A stretch of 64,000 bases of DNA from Nostoc sp. GTDB taxonomy: Bacteria > Cyanobacteriota > Cyanobacteriia > Cyanobacteriales > Nostocaceae. The notes beneath the pieces were generated by a model. It was not told the DNA's origin, ran no database searches, and worked only from the letters and a program-made list of their open reading frames with translations. Of the stretch, positions 21,368-31,700 are shown in pieces. The translations under genes and the position numbers were made by a program. Location: assembly GCA_036918135.1 (NCBI GenBank), contig JBALDB010000007.1:393340-457339 (forward strand), written 5' to 3'. Each line of letters starts with the position of its first letter. Position 1 is the stretch's first letter.

Positions 21368-22231
21368 TTACAAGTCAGGAGGCAAAATTACGTTATCAAT
21401 AGCATGGATTACACCATTGGTAGCTGTCATGTCAGCCTGAGTCACTTTAGCATCATTGACTGTCACACCAGTAGCAGGATCGACTTTAACGTTGATTGTC
21501 CCTCCTTCAAGGCTTTTAACTTCACCAGACTTCAAATCACTAGACAATACCTTACCAGGCACAACATGGTAAGTTAACAGCTTGAGTAATACTTCTTTGT
21601 TTTCTGGTTTCAACAAATCTTGCAATGCGTCTGCTGGCAATTTAGCAAAGGCTGCATCTGTAGGTGCGAAAATCGTCAAGTTATCTTTGCCTTGCAAAGC
21701 TTGAGTCAATCCTGCTGCTTTCAAAGCTTTAGTCAAAGTTGTAAAGGAAGCGTTTGATTCTGCCAAGGCTAACAAATTTTTGCCTTGAGTTTCACTTGTC
21801 CCAGCAGGTGGTGCAGTAGGAGTAGTAGGTGCGGTAGGTGGTACTTCGGTTGGTGGTGTGCTGGGTTGAGTTTCAGGGATAGGGCGTGGAGTGCGGGATG
21901 GAACATCACTAGGCGGGGTACTACCACCACGGTTATAGGGAGGCTCGTTAAAAATACTTGGTCTGGGATTTAGCGTCCCACCCCCACTACTCTGGGCTAG
22001 TTGTTGACGCTTCGTATTGCCCTTTTCTACTTCTGAAACAGCCTTTGTAGGTGTGTACTGAGCGTTTGCTTGAAGGCGTTCACCTCGATTATAGGGAGCT
22101 TCGTTGAAAATACCGGGGTTAGGATTTAGTACTTCTTTGGCATCAGATGGTAAAGTAATCAAAAGGCTAAAACTACTTAATCCTGCTACGCCTGCCAACG
22201 TGGTCAGCAATTTGCCGTAATTTGTCTTCAT
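21368..22231 (-). CDS. Secreted fasciclin (FAS1) domain protein with Pro/Thr linker
   Basis: TIFAPTDAAF, LLTYHVV, NGVIHAIDNVILP. Confidence 0.92.
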   Translation of the reverse strand: MKTNYGKLLTTLAGVAGLSSFSLLITLPSDAKEVLNPNPGIFNEAPYNRGERLQANAQYTPTKAVSEVEKGNTKRQQLAQSSGGGTLNPRPSIFNEPPYNRGGSTPPSDVPSRTPRPIPETQPSTPPTEVPPTAPTTPTAPPAGTSETQGKNLLALAESNASFTTLTKALKAAGLTQALQGKDNLTIFAPTDAAFAKLPADALQDLLKPENKEVLLKLLTYHVVPGKVLSSDLKSGEVKSLEGGTINVKVDPATGVTVNDAKVTQADMTATNGVIHAIDNVILPPDL

Positions 22232-22631
22232 AAATTTTGTTTGTTTTTTGTCCACACGTTACATAAAGATTTATAACATTTTGCTATACACAAAATCTAA
22301 CTTTAGAGGGAAGTAAGATTTTTCAGGGGAAATACTTCCTGTTAATCAGGTTAGATATTTAATAAGGCGTAGTTTATTATACTTTATAATTATTGTTCTT
22401 TTAACTAGCAGATGTAGTATATATACTTGATGTATATTCAGCATTTAATAAACGCACAGTTCGAGTTATCAGTTAGATAGAGTATTTAACTATTTTGAGT
22501 TCGATAAATTGTGTAGCCTTCGCTTTTAATAAGGGTCAAATTTGCTATGCGAATTAGAAAGATAGGTATGCAAAAACTATAGCGCTCAGTGCATGAAAAT
22601 TTTTGAAATTTAATAGAAATTCGAGAAAATC

Positions 22632-23199
22632 ATGGTTATATCGAAAGAATTTTTTATCCATCTTAATATTCCCCATCAAGTTTCCGTTCTTGCTTGCACT
22701 ATTGCTACTGTAATCCTTGGTATTAAATTTAATAACGGGACAATCAGCCCATGCTCAGGTTGCTGCCCTCACTTGTCAAGGGCAAGAAAATGTTACTTAC
22801 ACTCCCCCGCTGACAACAAAACCCAAACTAACTAGTGTCAAAATAAACGGGGAATTGAAGACATGCAATGGTGATGCTAAAATTGTTTCAGGAAAGTATA
22901 GCAATATGCTTTCCTCTCCTAGCAACTCGTGTACTCAGATATCTTCATCTCCCGCCACCTTTACATATATTTAGAGTGATAAAACAAATAGCACTGTAAA
23001 GTTTGAAAGGGAAGAGATAGTTAGAGGTGTAGCTGTCATAAGTGTAACATCTTATAGTAAAGTTACTTCTGAACGCTATCAAAATAGCAATGTAGTAAAA
23101 ACTGTTACTCTTGCCGCATCACAATTAGCAGGATGTGCATTGGCCACTGGTGTTCCTAAATCTACGGGTCTGGTAATATTGACTTTTGCACATTTATAA
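22632..23199 (+). pseudogene. Decayed secreted Cys-containing hypothetical protein gene
   Basis: Frameshift near 22715-22725; in-frame TAG at 22972-22974, after which the frame stays open (SDKTNSTVKF...AGCALATGV...TFAHL) to TAA at 23197-23199. Confidence 0.7.
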
Positions 23200-23918
23200 A
23201 GATTTTAGAAAATAAAATTTCAAAGAAACTCTATCTGAAAATAATTATTCTAGACAAAGGTAAGGGAAAGGCTGCCGAACAGTAGCATTTCTCTTATCGA
23301 GTATTAAAAATGACTCTTAGCTGATAATTTGCATTTAGGAGTTAGCGATCGCTATAATTTTATTTTAAAATTGCTTTATACAGTGGAATTTTAGATTGCT
23401 GCATCTTGGATAAACAGTGGGACTATTCCTTCTTTGTATTCTTTTCATGACTTTACCTAGTTGCCCAAATAGTATATCCTTGCCAATGTAGTCCAAGAAT
23501 TAGGTATATTTATATACAATAAATAATTTATTCAATTATTTGATATAGCAGTCCGATTTGATTCATCAACTTACCTCTACAGATATGCAAGAGGCAAAAG
23601 ACAATAATATTTTTCAGGATTAAAGCGTACAGATTTTGATGTAGAAATCAAATAGCATTTTTAGATCAAAATCTTATTTAATTTAGAAGCTACTCTTGGA
23701 GCCAGAAATGTGAAGTAAGGAGTAGATTTGTTTGTAACTCATTTAAGCTGGTTATATTTTGATTATAAATCAAAATAATTTTGCTAAAAATCAAGCAGAA
23801 GTTCAGCCAAAACGTCAATGAAATAGACAACTAAGCAACTAATACCAATAAAATTTACTTAAACTAAAGATACAATTGTAAAGTTAAGAAGTAGACCAGT
23901 AGTTATAAGGTATAAAAT

Positions 23919-24713
23919 ATGCTTGAATTATACCAATGGGAACTATCTCAATACTCAGAGAAAGTCCGCCTAATTCTAGATTTTAAAGGACTAGATTACC
24001 GCAAAATAGAGGTTACACCTGGGATTGGACAGGTAGAACTGTTCCGGTTGACTGGTCAAAGACAAGTCCCAGTGTTAAAGGATGGTAATAAATATATTGT
24101 AGATTCTACGGATATAGCTAAGTATTTAGACTTAAAATATGCCGATCGCCCTTTGATTCCACAAGATGCTAAAAAACGAGGTTTAACTTTATTAATAGAA
24201 GAATGGGCGGATGAGTCCATCGGACTCAAAGGTCGCAAAGCACTGTTTGCGGCATTAAGTCAAGATCAAAATTTTCGCAAGTCTTTATTACCGACTTCCA
24301 CACCAGACATATTTAAAAGTTTAGTTCAAGGAGTACCTAGTGACTTGCTGACCCTATTCGGTATTGGGGTAGGTTATAGTCCAGAAGTAATACAGTCAGC
24401 GATCGCATCCTTGAAACAAGACTTGGAAGCCTTAACATTATTATTGGCAGATAGTCCTTATTTAACAGGAGATGAGCCGACTTTAGCTGACTTAGCAGTA
24501 GCGGGTTTGTCGATGTTGCTGAAATTCCCCACTGGCCCCTACTTAGATTTACCAGCATCTATCAGAGGTAAAGGACTGCCAATCTTTGCTGAAAATCTTG
24601 ATTATGAAGCATTTTTCACCTGGCGCGATCGCCTTTACGCCCAATTTCGCAAACCTTTAATTAGTACCACTTCACCATCAGGAAGTGCGCCAACTTCGAT
24701 TCAGATTGATTAG
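23919..24713 (+). CDS. Glutathione S-transferase family protein
   Basis: SQYSEKVR, QVPVL, DSTDIAKYL, PTLADLAV. Confidence 0.9.
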   Translation: MLELYQWELSQYSEKVRLILDFKGLDYRKIEVTPGIGQVELFRLTGQRQVPVLKDGNKYIVDSTDIAKYLDLKYADRPLIPQDAKKRGLTLLIEEWADESIGLKGRKALFAALSQDQNFRKSLLPTSTPDIFKSLVQGVPSDLLTLFGIGVGYSPEVIQSAIASLKQDLEALTLLLADSPYLTGDEPTLADLAVAGLSMLLKFPTGPYLDLPASIRGKGLPIFAENLDYEAFFTWRDRLYAQFRKPLISTTSPSGSAPTSIQID

Positions 24714-24740
24714 CGAATGGGGAGATGGGAAGGTAGGGAT

Positions 24741-24778
24741 AATGACTAATGACTAACGACTAATGACAAATGACTAAT
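24741..24778 (+). repeat. STRR heptamer tract (TAATGAC-type)
   Basis: AATGACTAATGACTAACGACTAATGACAAATGACTA; similar tracts near 40530-40560, 41290-41340 and (ATTGGGA) 48695-48728. Confidence 0.8.
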
Positions 24779-24781
24779 CAG

Positions 24782-26512
24782 ATGAATTCGGGACAGCCAT
24801 TAGGTTCGGTTATTCAAGGTTCTCTGACTGAAGGGTTAGAAGTGCGATTGCATCCTGACATTTCTGTGGAAGATATGCGAGTAGGTAAGTTTCTCGTTGT
24901 CCAAGGGATGCGATCGCGTTTTTTTTGTATGCTGACAGATGTGGCACTAGGAGCTGCTAATGCCCGAATTATTGCTAATCCCCCTAATTGGGAAGACACT
25001 TTTTTACGAGATGTTTTAGCCGGAAGCGGTACATACGGAACTATCAACCTCGCGCCGATGTTGATGTTTACTCCGGAATCTGAAGAATCTTTTTCTCCAA
25101 CAAATGGTAAATCGGCAAATCCTTTCCTACCATCGGCGACGGGTTTGGCTTCATTTGTGCCACAAACCAGCACAACAATGGAATTATTGCCTGTTAAAAC
25201 TATTCCTAGCCACTTTAGTCAAGTTTACGAAGCAAGCGTTGACGATTTTCGCCGGGTGTTTGGTTGGGAGGATGACCCCCAAAGGCGCAATTTCTCCATC
25301 GGCAAACCTTTGGATATGGATGTGCCAGTTTGTATTGATTTGAATCGCTTTGTGGAACGTAGTAATGGGGTTTTTGGTAAATCTGGGACTGGGAAATCTT
25401 TTTTAACACGCTTACTTTTAGCTGGGGTTATCCGTAAAAGTGCGGCAGTGAATTTGATTTTTGATATGCACTCTGAGTATGGCTGGGAAGCTGTTGCAGA
25501 AGGTAAAAATGTCAATACTGTTAAAGGCTTAAAGCAATTATTTCCCAATAAAGTCGAAGTTTACACCCTCGACCCAGAATCGACAAAGCGCCGGGGTGTA
25601 CGCGATGCTCAAGAACTTTATTTGAGTTACGAGCAAATTGAAGTTGAAGATATTAAGTTATGTGGCCGAGATTTAGGACTTTCTGACGCAGCTTTAGACA
25701 ACGCCAATATCCTGTATAGCGAATTTGGCAAGTCTTGGATTGTGCAGCTGCTAAATATGAGTAATGAAGAAATCGAGATGTTCTGCGACGAGAAGCGCGG
25801 ACATAAAGGCTCGATTATGGCATTGCAGCGCAAACTCCTGCGGATGGACAGTTTGAAGTACATGCGAGCCGTTTGTCCGCACAATTATATTAGTAAACTT
25901 GTCCAGTCACTGGAAGCCGGCAAGAATGTTGTGATAGAATTTGGTTCCCAGTCGAATATGCTCTCTTATATGTTGGTGACCAATATGATCACCAGACGTA
26001 TCCACGAGCATTACGTTAAGAAGGCAGATAAATTCCTGCAAACCAAAAATCCCAGCGATCGCCCAACGCCATTGATGATTACGATTGAGGAAGCACACCG
26101 TTTCTTAGACCCGGCAGTGGTACAAAGCACTATTTTTGGCACGATTGCCCGCGAGTTGCGAAAATACTTCGTCACACTTTTGGTAGTAGACCAACGCCCG
26201 TCGGGGATAGATAATGAAGTTATGTCCCAAATTGGGACTCGCATTACCGCTCTGCTGAATGATGAAAAAGACATTGACGCAATTTTTACAGGTGTATCTG
26301 GTGGTGGCGGACTGCGATCGGTGTTGGCGAAGTTAGATTCTAAGCAACAAGCTTTAATTTTGGGTCACGCCGTTCCGATGCCAGTAGTAGTACGTACCCG
26401 CCCTTATGACGCAGCTTTCTACGAAGAAATTGGTGACCCAGCCTGGGAAGAAAAACCTGACGCAGAAGTATTTGCTGCTGCTGAACTAGCGAAAGCTGAC
26501 TTAGGATTTTAG
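24782..26512 (+). CDS. HerA-like (DUF87) ATPase
   Basis: Walker A GKSGTGKS, IFDMHSEY, IEEAHRF, ARELRKY, DQRP. Confidence 0.88.
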   Translation: MNSGQPLGSVIQGSLTEGLEVRLHPDISVEDMRVGKFLVVQGMRSRFFCMLTDVALGAANARIIANPPNWEDTFLRDVLAGSGTYGTINLAPMLMFTPESEESFSPTNGKSANPFLPSATGLASFVPQTSTTMELLPVKTIPSHFSQVYEASVDDFRRVFGWEDDPQRRNFSIGKPLDMDVPVCIDLNRFVERSNGVFGKSGTGKSFLTRLLLAGVIRKSAAVNLIFDMHSEYGWEAVAEGKNVNTVKGLKQLFPNKVEVYTLDPESTKRRGVRDAQELYLSYEQIEVEDIKLCGRDLGLSDAALDNANILYSEFGKSWIVQLLNMSNEEIEMFCDEKRGHKGSIMALQRKLLRMDSLKYMRAVCPHNYISKLVQSLEAGKNVVIEFGSQSNMLSYMLVTNMITRRIHEHYVKKADKFLQTKNPSDRPTPLMITIEEAHRFLDPAVVQSTIFGTIARELRKYFVTLLVVDQRPSGIDNEVMSQIGTRITALLNDEKDIDAIFTGVSGGGGLRSVLAKLDSKQQALILGHAVPMPVVVRTRPYDAAFYEEIGDPAWEEKPDAEVFAAAELAKADLGF

Positions 26513-27176
26513 TTATTAGTCCTTGGCAGTGCTGAGTAGAAACGAGATTAACCCTTGTCTGTAATGAGTAGTAGAGACGCCATTAATGGCATCTGTACAA
26601 GAGTTAGGAGTTATTCTCTGCGTCCTTGGATCTCCAATCCACAGTCCCTATTACCCCTTATCCCCAGAGGGGGCCCCACCTTCCCCAATTCGTAACATCC
26701 CCCATTCTCACAGCAAATTAAGTTCGGTTATCCGGATAGTTTTTAGCAACAGAAGAGGGGTTTTTGGCGTCACTATAGATGTAGGTAAGTAATTTCAAGG
26801 AAGTTTAAAATTTTTTCCAAACAGACAAATTTTGATTTATAATTAGAAGCTTTATCTTAAGATACTTTACTATCGGCCCGATTTATCGTATTATAAAGCT
26901 AAGTAAAACTCATATCGACTTCAGTTTCAGTTACCGTCAGTAACTGTCTAAAGGAAGAATTCTCAAAAACGAACCAGCGTGCTTATAAGAGATTGAAAAA
27001 TTTAGGGAAGGTAGGAAGGAACCTATCTTGGGGGCTTACCGTCTTAACAACGGCTCGAACGATTGATTAATTGCTTTTGGTAGCCCCTAGTGTTCCGTGA
27101 TATATGTACTACCTTTCTCAATTAACTTTAGTAAGAAAAATTACATTGTGTTTACGGAGTAGAGGACAACGCACCA

Positions 27177-28160
27177 ATGCCTACTGTCAATACCCAAACG
27201 GAAAACCTGAACACCAAATTTACGGCTGATATGGTGCGAACCTATCTGCGGGAAATTGGTCGTGTACCACTGCTAACCCGTGAACAAGAAATTGTCTATG
27301 GGAAGCAGGTGCAACAAATGATGACGCTAATCGACGCCAAGGAGGGTTTGGCGAAGAAATTGCGTCGCGAACCGAGTCTACCAGAGTGGGCTGACCTCGT
27401 TCACCAATCAGAAACAGAGGTGAAACAAACGGTAGCCCAAGGTAAGCGGGCTAAGCAAAAAATGATTGAAGCGAATTTGCGCTTGGTGGTGGCGATCGCT
27501 AAGAAGTACCAAAAACGGAACATGGAGTTTTTGGATTTGATCCAGGAAGGAACACTAGGATTAGAGCGGGGTGTAGAGAAATTTGACCCAACCAGAGGTT
27601 ATAAATTCTCAACCTACGCCTACTGGTGGATTCGCCAAGCGATTACGCGTGCGATCGCTCAACAAGGTCGTACTATTCGCTTACCGATTCACATTACCGA
27701 GAAACTCAACAAAATCAAAAAAGTCCAGCGCGAGTTGGCTCAAACTTTAGGGCGATCGCCTACTCCCGCTGAAATTGCCAAAGAACTGGAATTAGAACCT
27801 GCTCAGATCCGCGAGTACCTGAATATGGCGCGTCAACCAGTGTCTTTGGATGTGCGAGTTGGCGATAACCAAGATACTGAGTTGCAAGAAATGCTCGAAG
27901 ATGACGGCCCGTCACCAGAGTATTACACCAACCAAGAGTTTTTACGCCAAGACTTGAACAACTTGTTAGCAGAACTAACTCCCCAACAGCGAGAAGTTTT
28001 AGCTTTACGCTTTGGTTTAGAGGATGGTAACGAAATGTCATTGGCGAAAGTGGGTGAGAGATTGAATCTCAGCCGAGAACGCGTGCGCCAGTTAGAGCAT
28101 CAAGCTTTGGCTCATCTGCGTCGCCGTCGTGCCAATGTCAAAGAATACATTGCCAGTTAA
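27177..28160 (+). CDS. sigB: Group 2 sigma-70 factor, SigB type
   Basis: [53 protein letters not shown]. Confidence 0.88.
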   Translation: MPTVNTQTENLNTKFTADMVRTYLREIGRVPLLTREQEIVYGKQVQQMMTLIDAKEGLAKKLRREPSLPEWADLVHQSETEVKQTVAQGKRAKQKMIEANLRLVVAIAKKYQKRNMEFLDLIQEGTLGLERGVEKFDPTRGYKFSTYAYWWIRQAITRAIAQQGRTIRLPIHITEKLNKIKKVQRELAQTLGRSPTPAEIAKELELEPAQIREYLNMARQPVSLDVRVGDNQDTELQEMLEDDGPSPEYYTNQEFLRQDLNNLLAELTPQQREVLALRFGLEDGNEMSLAKVGERLNLSRERVRQLEHQALAHLRRRRANVKEYIAS

Positions 28161-28205
28161 AACAACAGACGCGGATTCTCGCGTCTTTACACCACTTTGG
28201 TGAAG

Positions 28206-28236
28206 CGCCTCCTGAATTCAGGGGGCGATTTTTTTT
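28206..28236 (+). terminator. Rho-independent terminator after sigB
   Basis: CGCCTCCTG-AATT-CAGGGGGCG hairpin followed by a T run. Confidence 0.75.
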
Positions 28237-28604
28237 GGCGATTGCGCCCGTCCAAACTCCAATACACTTAGGTTTGTAGTAAATTTATCTCTGAAGACAG
28301 CGGAAAGAAAAAAGCTTAACCCAAGCGTATTGGTTCCAACTCTCCATAATTGCGATCGCCTTTTAATATTTAACTTATCGAGTTTCTCTTGAAATCTTGC
28401 ATCAGGGGCGATCGCTACTTACCAATTTTCCTCCTCTAATTCGAGTTCAAAGTCACTTAAAAGATTTTCTTAATTAAAGAAAAAATTTACTATAAAAACA
28501 CATATCCAGTATATTCACTGCTATAATTGGCGATTTTTCTTAGTTAATATGTAGCAAATAGTACAGCAGATAGCTACTTAAGCTAGAAAGTCAAGTTTTA
28601 AAGT

Positions 28605-28722
28605 TACAGCAGATTTCAAGTTAATGAAGTAAACCATCCAGGTCTGGTAGCTAAATCAAGAGGCTATTCTAATTCTGTTAGTGCAGCGAGGCGTAGCTCA
28701 TTCTGACTTCTGAATTCTGCTG
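28605..28722. repeat. MITE-like short element
   Basis: TACAGCAGATTTCAAG ... GAATTCTGCTG terminal inverted repeats. Confidence 0.6.
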
Positions 28723-28758
28723 ATTTCATATTCAAATTCAGCAACGCCAAAAACAGAT

Positions 28759-31700
28759 ATGAACACCTTTGAGATTAATATTCAGCGCAAATCAGGAAGT
28801 AACTGGCCGATTGTAGTCGAACATAGCCGACCTGGTGAACTTCTATCATCGCGTTCAGAAGGAATTCTCAAACTGTCACTGGAAGATTTTGAGCAACTGA
28901 CTAGTAAGTTAAGACAGCCGAAAGACTACGGTATATTTCTAGGACAAGCACTGTTTCGTGAAGAAATTAGAGATGCTTTTGTTAGTGCTTTACGCAACTC
29001 CCAAGAAACATTGCGGGTGTTGCTATTTATCGAAGCTGAAGATAAAGAACTGAGAACTTTACGTTGGGAAAGACTGTGCGGTAACATTGATGACGGATGG
29101 CATTTATTAAGCTTAGAGCAGCGGACACCATTTTCACTGTATATACCAGCAATTACAGACCGCCGTTTTCCTCCAATTGGCAGAAGAGACTTACGTGCTT
29201 TGATACTGGTAGCCAATCCTTCAGAAACTGAGCGATTTAAGTTAGACTCTTTCGACGTAGAAGCCGCAGTACAAAGCGTGCGCCAATCTTTAGGAGTCAT
29301 ACCATCTGATGTCTTAGCAACAGTAGAAGGTGCAATTGGCTTACCGACTTTAGACGAACTGTGCTTACGTCTCACCGACAGAACAAAACAATACACCTTA
29401 CTGCACTTTGTCAGTCATAGTCGAGTCATAGATGGTGGTGAAACCGTCCTCTACTGGGCAAAAGCAGATAATAAAGTAGACCCAGTGACAGGAACACGGT
29501 TAATAGAAAGATTGCGGACATTAAGAGGGACTAAAGGACTACCACACTTTACCTTTCTTTCCACCTGTGAAAGTGCCAGTCCAGAAGCAGAAGCGGCATT
29601 AGGGGGTTTAGGGCAAAGATTGGTGCGGGATTTAGGAATGCCCGCAGTCATTGCTATGACCGAGAAAGTGACTGTTAAAACCGCCCTTGCTTTATGTGGC
29701 AAATTTTACGAGCAACTAAATAAATCCGGGGAAGTGGATTTAGCATTACAGGAAGCGGCTGCTTCGCTTGCAGAACGCCAGGATATTACTGTTCCCGCCC
29801 TATTTAGCCGATTGGGCGGAAGACCTCTATTTAGCGACCAGCTTGACCGCGACTTGACCAACACCGAAATCGAATATGGTTTGAAGCGATTGCAAGTATT
29901 TGTAGCAGAGCGATCGCCTATACTGCAATCAAAGTTGGAACCACCAGCAGGAAAGTTGACAAATCTGCTCAATACAGACTTTAAAGGTATGAGCAAGCAA
30001 GCTCAGCAAGAGCGCAAGCAAGCTCTAGAAGATGTCAATAATCTATCTCAAGCAGTTCTTGACCTGAGTTTCAACGCTGTAGCCTTGGATCGGGAACCAC
30101 CTATTTACGACGCTCGCTGTCCTTTCCTGGGCTTGTATCCCTTCCGAGTCGAAAACCGCAAATTCTTTTTTGGCAGAGAACGATTAATTACCCAATTACA
30201 ACAAAAGCTAGCTAAAGACAACTTCTTAGCTATATTTGGGGCTTCGGGTAGTGGTAAATCATCAGTGGTACTAGCGGGGCTGATTCCGGCTTTGATAGAA
30301 AAACAGCCGGATTTGATGATGGCGTATATGACACCGAGTAGTAACCCCATTGAACAACTGCAAGCCAGTTTCTTGGAGGTACAAAATCACTCTTCAATTT
30401 TAGTCATCGACCAATTTGAAGAACTTTTCACCCTTTGTACCGATGAAGACCGCCGGACGTTATTTATAGAAAAATTGCTATTTATTATCCAGCAGCAAAA
30501 AGTCGTGATTACCATGCGGGCAGACTTTTGGGGTGAATGTGCTAGCTATCCCCAACTTAAGGAGTTAATGCAATCTCGGCAAGAATTGATCGGGCCAATG
30601 GATAGTGCAGAACTGCGGAAAGCAATGGAAATGCAAGCCGCACAAGTGGGATTACGCTTTGAAGCTGGTTTGAGTAACTCGATTTTGGATGATGTCCAAG
30701 GCGAACCGGGGGCAATGCCATTACTGCAACATGCACTGCTAGAGTTGTGGAAACGGCGACATGGTAGATGGTTAAGGACTGTGGAGTATGAAGCGATTGG
30801 TGGTGTGAATATGGCGATCGCTCAAACTGCCGATGCTTTTTATGATAGCTGCACGCCAGAAGAACAAGAACAAGTCAAGAATATTTTTGTTCGCTTAACC
30901 CGCTTAGATGATTCGGCACAAGAGGGACAAAAACGCCGCGACACTCGCCGCCGAGTTTGGTTAGACGAATTAATCCCTACTTTTAGCGCTCAGACTTTAA
31001 TTAAACAGCTGCTCAAACGCTTAGCGGGTGAAGGTGCCCGCCTAGTAGTTACTAGTGTCGATTCAGCCACACAACGCGAAGAAGTGGAAGTCGCTCATGA
31101 AGCCTTAATTCGTTACTGGCCGAGGTTGCTCAATTGGTTAGATGAAAACCGTTCCCTGCTGCTGCTGCGAGAAAAGATCCGTCAAGAGGCTTTGGAATGG
31201 GACAACAATAAAAAAGACGAAAGCTACTTGGTGCGTCAAGGGGGACGTTTAGAAGCGGCCCGGGAATTATTACAAAAATCTAATTTTTTGAACATATTAG
31301 AAGCTAATTATCTACAAGTTTGTGTAGAACTGTGCGATCGCCAAAAACAAGAACAAGAAACTCGTCGGCGGCGCGAAATTCGTACAAAGCGGACAATCTT
31401 TGGAGGAGCAGTTGTTGTCTTAATAACCACTGCCTTAGGGGTAATAGCTTTCACCAAAGGCTTAGAAGCCGAATTAACTAAAGCCGATTCCCTTCGTCAA
31501 AGTTCCTTGCTATTCTCTAAATCTCATAAAAATTTACAAGCTCTCACCGACGGAATTAAGTCCGCAAACATCCTGAAAAATAGCAAATTTTGGACAACAA
31601 TTAGTGGCGTAATTATTAAAAATAAAAACCAAGTAGACTCTCAATCAAAGGTGATAGCAGCTTTGCAGCAAGCCATTGATGGAGTACAAGCACGCAATTA

